NCBI GenBank assembly: GCA_905480125.1
Contig: CAJQPE010000025.1
Coordinates: 3,949-67,948 of the forward strand
Origin: an uncultured Flavobacteriales bacterium
GTDB taxonomy: Bacteria > Bacteroidota > Bacteroidia > Flavobacteriales_G > NORP312
Length of the DNA stretch: 64,000 nucleotides
Reading direction: 5' to 3'
Shown here piece after piece: positions 35,883 to 45,823 of the stretch (within the stretch, counting starts at the first letter, position 1; each line of letters begins with the position of its first letter). Both the position numbers and the translations under genes were made by a program. The notes below the pieces were generated by a model that did not search any database, was not told the origin of the DNA, and worked only from the letters and a program-made list of their open reading frames with translations.

Positions 35883-37171
35883 ACAACTGTCGATTCGTTG
35901 ACGAGGTCAAAGCCAATATCAGTACGGTAGTATTTCCCTTCGAAATCGACTAATTTAGCACTTATAAAGGACTTATCTAGCGCCTCTTTTATTGTTTTTC
36001 CAAAAGATGTCAGCGCTAGCACACGACCTCCGGAAGTTACAATATCAGCTCCTTGTTCCGATATTCCTGCATGAAAAAGGGTGCTCTGGGTAACGGAATC
36101 AATACCCTTAATAACTTTTCCTTTCTCATAACTTTCCGGATAACCACCAGATACCAGCATTACCGTTGCAGCAGTTCGTTCATCGATTTCGAGATGGTAA
36201 CCTCCAAGTGTTCCTTTGCCACAAGCCCTAAACATTTCTACTAAATCAGATTTAATTCTTGGGATAACAACTTCCGTTTCAGGGTCTCCCATACGCACAT
36301 TATACTCAACAACTGATGGGTTACCATTATCGTTCATTAAGCCAATAAAGACAAAGCCTTTGTAGTCAAAACCATCTTTTTTAAACCCTTCAATAGTTGG
36401 TTTAACAACCTGTTCTTCAACTTTTTGCATGAAATTAGAATCTGCAAAAGGAACAGGAGAAATGGCGCCCATACCTCCCGTATTTAACCCTGTATCACCT
36501 TCTCCAATTCGTTTGTAATCTTTTGCAGATGGTAAAATCTTGTAAGACTCCCCGTCTGTCAATACAAATACAGACAACTCGATTCCTTTTAGAAATTCTT
36601 CTACAACAACATTTTCCGATGCTTCGCCAAACTTTTTGTCAGCGATCATTGAACGCAATTCAGATTTTGCTTCTTCTAAATCACCAAGGATTAAAACTCC
36701 TTTTCCTGCCGCTAGACCATCTGCTTTTAAAACATAAGGAGGTTGAAGCGTTTCAAGAAAAGCGTAACCCTCATGCAAATTCGATTTATTGAACGATTGA
36801 TATTTTGCAGTTGGCACTCCATGCCGAAACATAAATTCTTTAGCAAATTGCTTACTGCCTTCTAAAGTCGCACCTACCTTTTTAGGACCAATAACAGGAA
36901 CCGATTTTAGCTTGCTGTCATTTGCAAAATAATCCGAAATACCATCTACCAAAGGAGCTTCAGGACCAACTATAACAAGATTTACTGATCGAGACAATAC
37001 TTCATTTTTTATGGCATCGAAATTTGAAATATCTAACGCCAAATTTTTACCACAAGCAGAAGTACCTGCGTTACCAGGTGCAATGTACAAGTTGCCTAAC
37101 TTATCACTTTGTGCTATTTTCCATGCCAGTGCATGTTCCCTTCCCCCAGACCCAAGTAGTAGAATATTCAT
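35879..37171 (-). CDS. purD: Phosphoribosylamine--glycine ligase
   Basis: Seen: MNILLLGSGGREHALAWK, ADGLAAGKGV, EYNVRMGDPE, SGGRVL. Known: PurD ATP-grasp motifs. Confidence 0.95.
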   Translation of the reverse strand: MNILLLGSGGREHALAWKIAQSDKLGNLYIAPGNAGTSACGKNLALDISNFDAIKNEVLSRSVNLVIVGPEAPLVDGISDYFANDSKLKSVPVIGPKKVGATLEGSKQFAKEFMFRHGVPTAKYQSFNKSNLHEGYAFLETLQPPYVLKADGLAAGKGVLILGDLEEAKSELRSMIADKKFGEASENVVVEEFLKGIELSVFVLTDGESYKILPSAKDYKRIGEGDTGLNTGGMGAISPVPFADSNFMQKVEEQVVKPTIEGFKKDGFDYKGFVFIGLMNDNGNPSVVEYNVRMGDPETEVVIPRIKSDLVEMFRACGKGTLGGYHLEIDERTAATVMLVSGGYPESYEKGKVIKGIDSVTQSTLFHAGISEQGADIVTSGGRVLALTSFGKTIKEALDKSFISAKLVDFEGKYYRTDIGFDLVNESTVV

Positions 37172-37428
37172 TTACTATGTTTTGAACAAAAATAAGCACT
37201 ATAAAGAACGAAAGATAACAAGAAGGGAAACTATTTTGCCCCAATGTTACTTCGTAGCCATATATTTAAACTCCTATTTTTCGAATATGACGACAAAGAA
37301 TGACTAACTTAATCAGATCTTTATTGTTTAACAGATAATCTTGCAATGAGAAAATAATGCAATAAATGAATCGTTATCTTTTTTTACTTCAATAGACTTA
37401 TGAGATGTTTGCAGGTCTTTGATTAGAA

Positions 37429-38070
37429 TTAATTCTTGATGCGTTTAATGCTGCAACCTGTTGCTTTAGTATCGGCTGGATCAATTTCTTCTCCGGAAGC
37501 TAAATTATCTATTGCATCAAAAAGAAACGCCTCATCCACAAAATCTGGATTTTTATGGTTATCGTCAATCGCTCCTCGATAAACAAGCTTCATATCAGAA
37601 TCGAATAAAAACACATGTGGTGTTGTTTTGGCACCAAATGCATTAGCTAATTCTGAATTATTATCGATAACATACTTACTAAGAAACGCTTTTTCTTTCG
37701 CCCTGTTTTTCATGTCTTCCATTGAATCCCCCGCAGTCCTTCTAGCTTCATTGGAGTTTACCATAACCATTCCTACTTTGTACTTCTCGCAATCTTTCGC
37801 AACGTTATTATATCGACCTTCCCAGCCTTGATTATCTTTGCTTCCTACTACAAATGGACAAGTGTTGCAAGAAAATATTACACAAAGTCCGTTCGCTTGT
37901 TTTAAATCGTTTAGCGAATACTCTTCTCCTGATACGTCCATCAATCTTTTCTCAGATAAAGGAGCATTAGCTCCTAATTCTATGGTTTTATATTGCTCAT
38001 AATCTCCAACGGCAACAAAAGACATGACAGCAATCGCAACCATTAAAAGTGATAAAATTCTAGTTTTCAT
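37429..38070 (-). CDS. Thioredoxin-fold (redoxin/AhpC-TSA-like) secreted protein
   Basis: Seen: signal peptide, VIFSCNTCPFV CxxC-type motif, TTPHVFLFD. Known: thioredoxin-like fold pattern. Confidence 0.85.
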   Translation of the reverse strand: MKTRILSLLMVAIAVMSFVAVGDYEQYKTIELGANAPLSEKRLMDVSGEEYSLNDLKQANGLCVIFSCNTCPFVVGSKDNQGWEGRYNNVAKDCEKYKVGMVMVNSNEARRTAGDSMEDMKNRAKEKAFLSKYVIDNNSELANAFGAKTTPHVFLFDSDMKLVYRGAIDDNHKNPDFVDEAFLFDAIDNLASGEEIDPADTKATGCSIKRIKN

Positions 38071-38081
38071 AATTATTATTT

Positions 38082-39623
38082 TTATAATGGAATATTGCCG
38101 TGTTTTTTCTTTGGCAATTTTTCTGCTTTGTTCTCTAGCATTTTAAATGCTCTAATTAATTTTTCTCTAGTTTGATCTGGCCTAATAACTTCATCAACAT
38201 ATCCTCTGGATGCCGCTCGGTATGGATTGGCAAACATATCTGAATATAGTTGCTCCATTTCTTTCCATTTTTTCTCTGAATTATCGGCTTGCTTAATGTC
38301 ATTTTTAAATATGATTTCTGCCGCTCCCTTTGCTCCCATAACCGCAATTTCAGCAGTTGGCCAAGCATAGTTCATATCTGCTCCGATATGTTTCGAATTC
38401 ATAACGTCATAAGCCCCACCATAAGCTTTTCTCGTAATAACAGTAATTCTGGGTATAGTAGCTTCACTAAAAGCGTACAATAACTTAGCACCATTAGTAA
38501 TAATAGCATTCCACTCTTGGTCTGTTCCAGGAAGAAACCCAGGAACATCTTCAAAAACTAGTAACGGAACATTAAACGCGTCACAAAAACGTACAAACCT
38601 AGCCCCTTTTTTAGATGATTCTACATCGAGAACACCCGCTAAAACGGCAGGTTGATTTGCTACAACTCCTATTGATCGACCACCGATGCGCGCAAAACCA
38701 ACAACTATATTTTCTGCATAGTTTTTATGCACTTCAAAAAATGTATTTTCATCAACAACACCATCAATAACCTCTTTAATGTCGTAGGGCTGATTAGGGT
38801 TGTCTGGAACAATGTCGTTTAGTTTATGTCTTAACTCATCTCCTTCTTCATAATCTAGACATGGCGGTTCTTCTTCGCAATTTTGAGGAATATAAGACAG
38901 CAACTTCTTGATATTAGTTATCGCTTCAATTTCATTTCCACATGAAAAATGCGTTACCCCAGATTTTGTTGAATGTGTGGATGCCCCTCCAAGCTCTTCG
39001 GCCGTTACTTCTTCGTTTGTAACTGTTTTTACCACGTTAGGCCCTGTAACAAACATGTAAGAAGTGTTCTCAACCATTAAAATAAAATCGGTTAATGCTG
39101 GAGAATAAACCGCTCCACCAGCACAAGGCCCCATAATTCCAGAAATTTGAGGAACAACGCCCGAGGCCATTGTATTCTTGAAGAAAATATCAGCATACCC
39201 GCCTAAGGAAACGACTCCCTCTTGAATCCGTGCTCCGCCAGAATCGTTCAAGCCGATAACAGGGGCTCCATTTTTCATTGCCATGTCCATAACTCGACAA
39301 ATCTTTTCAGCATGAGCTTCGGCTAAAGACCCCCCAAGCACCGTAAAGTCTTGCGAAAAAACATAGGTCAGGCGACCGTTAACTGTTCCGTATCCAGTAA
39401 CAACACCATCACCCAGAAATACCTGCTTGTCCAGTCCAAAATTCTTGGATCGGTGCTTTACCAGCATACCTATTTCTTCAAACGAACCCTCGTCAAGAAG
39501 CAAATTAATCCGTTCTCTTGCTGTGAGTTTCCCCTTGCTATGTTGTGCGGCTATTCTCTTTTCGCCACCTCCCAACTTCGCCTCAGCAATCTTATCCTCT
39601 AATTCTTTAATTTTATCACTCAT
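38082..39623 (-). CDS. Acyl-CoA carboxylase carboxyltransferase (beta) subunit (propionyl-CoA carboxylase / methylmalonyl-CoA decarboxylase type)
   Basis: Seen: [75 protein letters not shown]. Known: carboxyltransferase family. No biotin-carrier or alpha subunit adjacent. Confidence 0.93.
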   Translation of the reverse strand: MSDKIKELEDKIAEAKLGGGEKRIAAQHSKGKLTARERINLLLDEGSFEEIGMLVKHRSKNFGLDKQVFLGDGVVTGYGTVNGRLTYVFSQDFTVLGGSLAEAHAEKICRVMDMAMKNGAPVIGLNDSGGARIQEGVVSLGGYADIFFKNTMASGVVPQISGIMGPCAGGAVYSPALTDFILMVENTSYMFVTGPNVVKTVTNEEVTAEELGGASTHSTKSGVTHFSCGNEIEAITNIKKLLSYIPQNCEEEPPCLDYEEGDELRHKLNDIVPDNPNQPYDIKEVIDGVVDENTFFEVHKNYAENIVVGFARIGGRSIGVVANQPAVLAGVLDVESSKKGARFVRFCDAFNVPLLVFEDVPGFLPGTDQEWNAIITNGAKLLYAFSEATIPRITVITRKAYGGAYDVMNSKHIGADMNYAWPTAEIAVMGAKGAAEIIFKNDIKQADNSEKKWKEMEQLYSDMFANPYRAASRGYVDEVIRPDQTREKLIRAFKMLENKAEKLPKKKHGNIPL

Positions 39624-39720
39624 TATGACAGCTTCTCAATATTTGCAGGTAAAAATATAAAATAATAAACAGCGAAGAAATCTATTATACCCGAGCATAC
39701 TACTCTTTCTCTTTGGGCGT

Positions 39721-40719
39721 TTAGCCCCCGATTGAAATCATACTTCTGTTTCTAGAAAATATTTCTTTCCCCTGTTCCGTCTCAAACGAGTCCATTCCTG
39801 CTAGTTTCTCTTTTTTAGACGCAACTGCCGACTGAATCACCGGGATAATATCTTTCCCAGTTCTTAGTTGTGTTAGCAGATCTGATTCATCTGCAGAAAA
39901 TAGACAATTCTTTAACTTACCATCTGCAGTTAAACGAATTCTATTGCAGGAATCACAGAACGGATTAGTCACAGTGCTAATAACTCCAAACGTCCCCGCA
40001 TAACCATTCACGCGATAGTTTCTTGCAGTAGAGTTTGCTTTTTCTTCCAATTTTTGAATTGACATAAACTGCTCGTTTGCAACATTAATAATTTCTTGCA
40101 GTGAAACCATCTTTGATCGATCCCATCCGTTACCACTGAAAGGCATAAATTCTATAAAACGAACGTCAACTTTATTCACTTTTGTGTATTCGATGAAATC
40201 CAATATTTCATCATCGTTTATGCCTTTCATTAGAACAACATTGAGCTTGATATCCATTTCACTGTCGATTAGCAAATTAATATTAGCCATAATTCGGTCG
40301 AAATACACACGTCTTGAAATAGCATTCATTCGCTCTGGTTTCAGCGAATCTAAACTCACGTTTAATGACTTAATTCCAATATTTTTAAACGTATCGATGT
40401 ATTTATCAACTAGCACCGCATTGGTTGTAAGCGTAAGCTCGATTGGCAACTGACTCAACCGAGTGAGAATATTTACGATGTCCTTTTTAATCAAGGGTTC
40501 GCCACCAGTTAATCGAATTTTTTTTACCCCCATTTCCACAAACGTAGAAGCTATTTCGATAATTTCTTCAGAGGTCATAAATTCTGACTTCTCGCGTAAA
40601 ACTATTCCCTCAGCAGGCATGCAATATGTGCAACGCAAATTACAACGATCGGTAAGCGAAATACGCAGGTAATCGTGCACGCGACCAAAAGAGTCTGCTA
40701 TTTTTTTTAGTTCGCTCAA
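39721..40719 (-). CDS. moaA: GTP 3',8-cyclase (radical SAM)
   Basis: Seen: DSFGRVHDYLRISLTDRCNLRCTYCMP, RLTGGEPL, C-terminal CDSCNRIRLTADGKLKNCLF. The start is TTG at 40719, overlapping the moaCB stop (TTGA). There is no upstream in-frame ATG. Confidence 0.93.
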   Translation of the reverse strand: MSELKKIADSFGRVHDYLRISLTDRCNLRCTYCMPAEGIVLREKSEFMTSEEIIEIASTFVEMGVKKIRLTGGEPLIKKDIVNILTRLSQLPIELTLTTNAVLVDKYIDTFKNIGIKSLNVSLDSLKPERMNAISRRVYFDRIMANINLLIDSEMDIKLNVVLMKGINDDEILDFIEYTKVNKVDVRFIEFMPFSGNGWDRSKMVSLQEIINVANEQFMSIQKLEEKANSTARNYRVNGYAGTFGVISTVTNPFCDSCNRIRLTADGKLKNCLFSADESDLLTQLRTGKDIIPVIQSAVASKKEKLAGMDSFETEQGKEIFSRNRSMISIGG

Positions 40720-41621
40720 TTATGTCTGTGTCCTTTAAGAACTTTGAAAACGTGCAAAACAGCAGGGAAGATCGCGTCCATAGACTCTCTGGCTCCGTTA
40801 GTGCTGCCCGGCAATGCCAATACTAAGGTGTCTCCAATAGTGCCTGCTACACTTCGTGACAACATAGAATATGGCGTTCTGTTTTGTCCGTAGTTTCTAA
40901 TTGCCTCTTCTATTCCTGGAATTTTTCTTTCAATTAATCCCTCTAAGGCTTCTGGTGTATTATCGCGTTCTGATAACCCTGTGCCGCCCGTAAAAATTAT
41001 TAAATCAGACGAGAGATTACCCTCAACAATAGATTTTATTTCGCTCTTTTCGTCTGGAATGACCTGGTAATTTGCTATTTTGACATTACAAGACCTTAGT
41101 TTCTCAATAATCGCTTTTCCTGCTTTATCTTCTTTGGTCCCGGCTGATATGGAATCTGAACAAACTACCACACAAGCTGAGAAGCCATTTCCTTCTCCAT
41201 CTTTAAAACTACTCTTACCGCCACGCTTACTTAGCAATTTAACATTATTGATTTCTATGCCTTTGTCTATAGGTTTAAGCATATCGTAAACGTTTAACGC
41301 CACTATACTTGCTCCGTGCATTGCTTCTACCTCGACACCTGTTTTGTAAATCGTCTTTACCTCAACTGTAATAGTAATGTCCAGATCATTAAGCTCAAAA
41401 TCGATTCCGCAATACTCTATTGGCATAGGATGACAATCGGGTAATAACTCTGCTGTTTTCTTTACACCCAACAATCCAGTAGTTTTTGAAGAAGCAAACA
41501 CATCTCCTTTGGGAACCGCTTTATTAATAATTGCATCGATTGTTTCTTGTTTACTCACAGAAACTGTTGCCTGGGCTTTTGCAACCCTAAGCGTGCTGAT
41601 TTTATTTGTTATGTCTACCAT
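40716..41621 (-). CDS. moaCB: Bifunctional molybdenum cofactor biosynthesis protein MoaC/MoaB
   Basis: Seen: N-terminal MoaC block MVDITNKISTLRVAKAQATV...TGVEVEAMHGASIVALNVYDMLK. C-terminal MoaB/Mog block VVVCSDSISAG...IIFTGGTGLSERDNTPEA. Confidence 0.9.
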   Translation of the reverse strand: MVDITNKISTLRVAKAQATVSVSKQETIDAIINKAVPKGDVFASSKTTGLLGVKKTAELLPDCHPMPIEYCGIDFELNDLDITITVEVKTIYKTGVEVEAMHGASIVALNVYDMLKPIDKGIEINNVKLLSKRGGKSSFKDGEGNGFSACVVVCSDSISAGTKEDKAGKAIIEKLRSCNVKIANYQVIPDEKSEIKSIVEGNLSSDLIIFTGGTGLSERDNTPEALEGLIERKIPGIEEAIRNYGQNRTPYSMLSRSVAGTIGDTLVLALPGSTNGARESMDAIFPAVLHVFKVLKGHRHN

Positions 41622-41952
41622 ATAAAAGAAGAAAAAAGACCAAAGCTACAGAGGATCATAACTTGACCAATTTTAGCATGACGGGTTGAAAATTCAAACA
41701 TGAATTGTAGCAATTGTTTCACGGGAGCAAGTTATACATTTTATGGCAAAAAAACAGAGTTATACAAACGCCAATTATGCTGAATTAAAACATAGCTTAT
41801 ATCGATTTGTGATGCTGAAATTACAAAAGCACCCCTACTAATATTGCACAATTTTTATTAGAAATATAGGGTTTAATGTACTAAAAAAAGGTTGCCAAAT
41901 ATTTTAAAGTTCCTTGAGCCGCTCTGTGTTAATTCTTGAAAAGGAATTAATA

Positions 41953-41970
41953 AAATCTTAACTAAGATTT
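41953..41970 (+). promoter_or_regulatory. 8-bp inverted repeat AAATCTTA-ac-TAAGATTT upstream of the glycosyltransferase gene
   Basis: Seen: perfect 8-bp arms, 27 nt upstream of ATG 41997. The half-site is the same as in the 24856-24882 palindrome, but the spacer is 2 nt rather than 7. Function not established. Confidence 0.25.
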
Positions 41971-41996
41971 ATCAAAAGACCTAACTTCGCTTTGTA

Positions 41997-43160
41997 ATGC
42001 GAATATTATTACTCACAGACGGAATATATCCATATACTATGGGGGGAATGCAGAAGCATTCGTATTACCTTACAAAGTATCTTGCCCAAAACAATATAAA
42101 TGTCACTTTATTTCACTGCACAAATTTTAATTCAAAATTAAAAGACCAAGGGGCTGATCTAAATCATTTCAATGAATTGGAACTAAAGAATATTGATTTC
42201 AGACTACATGAATTTCCGAAATTAGATCGTTTTCCTGGGCATTATGTTAGAGAGAACAAAGCATACTCAAAATCCATATATCAAGAAATAAAAGATTCGA
42301 TTGGTAGTTACGATTTAATCTATGCCCAAGGATTTACTGGTTGGCAATTTATAAAAGAAAAAAAATCTGGAAGAATAAACATTCCAGTTGTTATCAATTT
42401 TCATGGGTATGAAATGTTTCAAAAAGCTCCTTCAATTGGTGCAAAGCTGCAATACATTTTGCTGAAGCACACAGCTAAATGGATGTCTTTAAATGCTGAC
42501 TTTGCAGTATCTCTTGGAGGAAAGCTGACTACTATTTTACAAGATTTAGGTGTTCCTAATGCTAGAATTCTGGTGACTCCGATTGGTGTCGAGTCTTCTT
42601 GGTTAAATAAGAATCCGACACCTGGCAATGAAATAAGAAAATTTGTATTTATTGGACGATACGAGCGCAGAAAAGGAATAGAAGAGCTAAACAAATCTCT
42701 TCAGCAGTTAATTGATAAAGGAGTTGATTTTGAATTTAATTTTATCGGGCCTGTTCCAAAGGAAAAGCAACTAATAACATCACAAGTTATTTACTATGGT
42801 AAAATTGTTAACCAAGAAGAAATTCAAAGAATCGTAAGACAATGTGATGCACTGGTATGTCCTAGCCATTCTGAGGGAATGCCAACCGTAATTCTAGAAG
42901 CTATGGCAAGTGGCTTGGCAATTATTGCTACTAATGTTGGAGCGGTAAAAGAACAAATTAAAGGCAATGGGTGGCTATTAGAATCTATTACTTCCGAAAA
43001 GCTTAGTGAGGTTCTTATCGAGTGCTGTCAATGCGAAGAAACTCAACTGAGTGTTTTCAAAAAAGCTTCGATAAAATTGGTTTCAGAGAAGTTCTTGTGG
43101 AATAAAACTATCGAGCTCACACTAAAGCAATTCTCCAAAATATTGAAAAAAACGACTTAA
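41997..43160 (+). CDS. Glycosyltransferase family 4 (GT-B fold)
   Basis: Seen: MRILLLTD...GGMQKH N-terminus and C-terminal PSHSEGMPTVILEAMASGLAIIATNVGA (E-x7-E region). Known: GT4/GT1-type signature. Confidence 0.9.
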   Translation: MRILLLTDGIYPYTMGGMQKHSYYLTKYLAQNNINVTLFHCTNFNSKLKDQGADLNHFNELELKNIDFRLHEFPKLDRFPGHYVRENKAYSKSIYQEIKDSIGSYDLIYAQGFTGWQFIKEKKSGRINIPVVINFHGYEMFQKAPSIGAKLQYILLKHTAKWMSLNADFAVSLGGKLTTILQDLGVPNARILVTPIGVESSWLNKNPTPGNEIRKFVFIGRYERRKGIEELNKSLQQLIDKGVDFEFNFIGPVPKEKQLITSQVIYYGKIVNQEEIQRIVRQCDALVCPSHSEGMPTVILEAMASGLAIIATNVGAVKEQIKGNGWLLESITSEKLSEVLIECCQCEETQLSVFKKASIKLVSEKFLWNKTIELTLKQFSKILKKTT

Positions 43161-43247
43161 TTTTTGCTTGTTTCAATGATCTTTATCCCCTATTAATCAA
43201 AGTGTCTTAAGTGCTTTTGTAAAAGCGAAGCTTTGCCCCTTAACCGA

Positions 43248-44588
43248 CTATTCTTTCCAAAAGTTAATTATCTTCCAACCTTCCCTAAAATTTATTGTTT
43301 TCTCCTCAAAAATATTAGACCGCATTAAATTATTTGTAGCAATTATCTCCTCTCTCGCAGCAATATTTAAGACATGACTACCTGATGGTAAAGAAGAAAT
43401 ATCGATATAATAAATAAAACCTTCTTGATCCGTAACATGATGAGTAGAAAAAAATACTTTGTAATCAAACATTGGAAATGTATCTATTTTTAATTGCCAA
43501 TTACTTGATAAAGAAGATAATGCATATGAATTATAATTAGTAGGGTCTACTTTTTTTATGCTATCAAGATTTATAGAATTAAAATTCTTAAGGAAACTAT
43601 CATAGTGTTTTTGGTAAGGGATAAACACCTTTAAAAACTTACTGTTAATTATTTCAGAAGGAATACAGGCCTGATCTATCATAGAACGGACATCTAAATA
43701 CTCTTCATAATCAGAATAAACTATTTTTTGATTAGCACCAAATGGCCCATATATGCGAGTATCTGAAAATGTGGAAGAATCAAAATTTATATGTACAACT
43801 CCAATAAATAATAGAAAACATATTAATGATATTATTTTCCATTTCGAATTATTCGCTAAGAATGTATATAATATATTTCTATAAAATCGAGCTAAAGTTA
43901 AATGATGATAAAAGATATAAATAGGATAATAAAGCATGCCAATTATTTTATTTCTTCTAAAAACCCCGAATAATATGGAGTCAATTAAATAGAGAAATAA
44001 CGTTAGTATAAAAAAAGCGGAGATCAGAAGTTCCTTTTCTGTTCCGTTCCCATCATTTACAACACTAAATATTAAAATTGGGCAGAGAGTAATTATTGCT
44101 CCTAAAACAATTAATAACATCAGAAATGAAAAAGCATATATCGTACTGCAGATTCGTTCTAAGTAAATAACTGAATCAATGGGTAAATGTTCTTTTTCCA
44201 CAAATTTTCCATACCGCCACTTCAACTTAAATTTTGACTTTTGAACCCCCATCGGGTAAGAATAACTTAACCCTATAAAAGCTACCCAGACACCTCGCAA
44301 TAAAAGGTGGCTAATAAAACAGATTTTTATAATTTCTACTCCTGCTAGAAGCCACAATAGTATAATATCTAATGTTGGACTAGCTAAAACAAAAAATGCC
44401 CATTGGGCAAATTGGCTGAGATATTCATTTACCGAGAATAAGAAAATAATAATGGCTCCAGAAATCAGTATTTCGGGTTCCCAACTATTATTTTGGATAT
44501 TTTTCAGCCATTGAGGCTCCGCTTTTGAAAATTTATCAACTTCTTTTTGCTTTTGCTTGATAAGCTTTTTAAAAGAATCAGTTATCAT
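43248..44588 (-). CDS. Polytopic membrane protein with a C-terminal soluble beta-rich domain, unknown function
   Basis: Seen: 446-aa ORF with about 8 hydrophobic helices in aa 35-265, then about 180 aa non-hydrophobic (…GFIYYIDISSLPSGSHVLNIAA…). The DNA is clearly more AT-rich than its neighbours. No family recognised. Confidence 0.75.
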   Translation of the reverse strand: MITDSFKKLIKQKQKEVDKFSKAEPQWLKNIQNNSWEPEILISGAIIIFLFSVNEYLSQFAQWAFFVLASPTLDIILLWLLAGVEIIKICFISHLLLRGVWVAFIGLSYSYPMGVQKSKFKLKWRYGKFVEKEHLPIDSVIYLERICSTIYAFSFLMLLIVLGAIITLCPILIFSVVNDGNGTEKELLISAFFILTLFLYLIDSILFGVFRRNKIIGMLYYPIYIFYHHLTLARFYRNILYTFLANNSKWKIISLICFLLFIGVVHINFDSSTFSDTRIYGPFGANQKIVYSDYEEYLDVRSMIDQACIPSEIINSKFLKVFIPYQKHYDSFLKNFNSINLDSIKKVDPTNYNSYALSSLSSNWQLKIDTFPMFDYKVFFSTHHVTDQEGFIYYIDISSLPSGSHVLNIAAREEIIATNNLMRSNIFEEKTINFREGWKIINFWKE

Positions 44589-44881
44589 TAATATTTAGTT
44601 AAATGAAATTCGAATTTAATTTTTTGAATTGAAATAAGCAATTATTGGTCTTGCATTTTCCCATCCGACTTTTCCATAAATAGCTTGAAAATTTAAAGCC
44701 CAAACCTTTAAAATGACTGCGCCAATTCCGTTATCCTAAAAATCTATTTATAAACTGATACTGGAGGTCCGTCGAAGAGTTATGATTAATAACAACGAAA
44801 TTTGAAATAAATAGTTTGGTAATTATTTTTTAACAATATTGCTATCAAAACACTTGTCTAGGAGAATAACTCGTTGGCTTG

Positions 44882-44921
44882 AAAAACAAAAAGCCCTAAC
44901 ATCAATGATGCAAGGGCTTTT
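44882..44921 (-). terminator. Rho-independent terminator downstream of tRNA-Phe
   Basis: Seen on the minus strand: stem AAAGCCCTT / AAGGGCTTT-type (plus-strand 44889-44897 pairs with 44913-44921), followed by TGTTTTTC. Confidence 0.65.
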
Positions 44922-44926
44922 AATAG

Positions 44927-44999
44927 TGACGCCTCCAGGAATCGAACCAGGGACACATGGATTTTCAGTCCATTGCTCTACCAACTGAGCTAAGGCGTC
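44927..44999 (-). tRNA. tRNA-Phe (anticodon GAA)
   Basis: Seen (reverse complement): GACGCCT TA GCTC AGTTGGTA GAGC A ATGGA CTGAAAA TCCAT GTGTC CCTGG TTCGATT CCTGG AGGCGTC A. This is 73 nt with a 7-bp acceptor stem and a canonical cloverleaf, one U-U mismatch in the T stem and no encoded CCA. It closely parallels E. coli tRNA-Phe from the D arm through the T loop (recalled). Confidence 0.95.
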
Positions 45000-45094
45000 A
45001 GCCATATAAGGACGGCAAAAGTATAAAAATATTTAAAAAACAATCAATTTTTCGTTATTGCTTCAAAGTCTACGATTTATACCTTTGCACTGCT

Positions 45095-45823
45095 TTGAAC
45101 TTAGTAATAGACATAGGAAATACTTCAACTAAAGTTGCCATTTTCGATAAAAAAAATATTATCGAAGAAACCACCGACAAGCTTGAGAACATTTCTAAAA
45201 AAATTCAAAAAATAAACGAGACACAACATATAAAACATTGTATAATTAGCTCTGTCGTTTCAGATACTGGGTCATTTTTAGCTGCTTGCCAAAAGCATTT
45301 TCCTACAATTCTTTTATCTTCAGAAACCCCCATACCTATTTCAAACCTTTACCAAACACCAAAAACATTAGGTAACGACAGAGTCGCTTGTGCTGTTGCA
45401 CTGCATACTCAATTCCAAAATGAAAAATCTTTGAGTATCGACTTAGGTACATGCATCAAATATGATTTTGTAGATGAAAAAGGCATTTATCAAGGTGGAG
45501 CAATTTCACCGGGCATGCAAATGAGATTTAAATCGTTAGATACTTTTACAAATCAATTACCGTTAGTTCAACCGGCCGAACTCGATAATTATATTGGTAA
45601 AACTACCGAAACATCTATTTTGTCTGGTGTTATCAACGGAATTAAAAGTGAAATAAATGGAATCATTGACCAATACAATGCCGACTATGGGCAACTCAAA
45701 GTAGTAATTACAGGAGGCGACCACAAATATTTTGAAAAAGGACTAAAAAACATCACTTTTGCAGACTCATTGCTGGTACTAAAAGGTTTAAATGAAATTC
45801 TTGAATACAATACAAAAAATTAG
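45095..45823 (+). CDS. coaX: Type III pantothenate kinase
   Basis: Seen: (TTG)NLVIDIGNTSTKVAIFD..., GNDRVA, DLGTCIKYD, VVITGGD. Known: CoaX/Bvg accessory factor family starts MxLxIDIGNT. The ORF-track start 44957 reads across the tRNA gene and is rejected. Confidence 0.9.
   Translation: MNLVIDIGNTSTKVAIFDKKNIIEETTDKLENISKKIQKINETQHIKHCIISSVVSDTGSFLAACQKHFPTILLSSETPIPISNLYQTPKTLGNDRVACAVALHTQFQNEKSLSIDLGTCIKYDFVDEKGIYQGGAISPGMQMRFKSLDTFTNQLPLVQPAELDNYIGKTTETSILSGVINGIKSEINGIIDQYNADYGQLKVVITGGDHKYFEKGLKNITFADSLLVLKGLNEILEYNTKN

Noticed and set aside
41622-41800. Looked for a Moco riboswitch upstream of moaCB-moaA (minus strand).
   Set aside because: I could not see GC-rich paired stems or the conserved Moco-motif core. 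This was not checked with a covariance model.
41997-44999. Possible integrated genomic island at tRNA-Phe.
   Set aside because: No integrase, recombinase or transposase ORF was found. I found no copy of the tRNA 3' segment (GGTTCGATTCCTGGAGGCGTCA or its complement) elsewhere in the window. Only the compositional anomaly of one gene is kept, as a finding.
45080-45087. TACCTTTG (-7-box-like) only 7 nt upstream of the coaX TTG start.
   Set aside because: It would imply an essentially leaderless mRNA starting at a TTG codon, which is unlikely. It is probably a chance match or belongs to a different transcript architecture, so it is not listed as a feature.
44823-45094. ORF 44823-45005 (minus) and the N-terminal extension of ORF 44957-45823 (plus), both reading across the tRNA-Phe gene.
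   Set aside because: Peptides such as ALAQLVEQ...VPGSIPGG are the classic artefact of translating a tRNA gene. CoaX homologues start at M-x-L-x-IDIGNT, which corresponds to TTG 45095.
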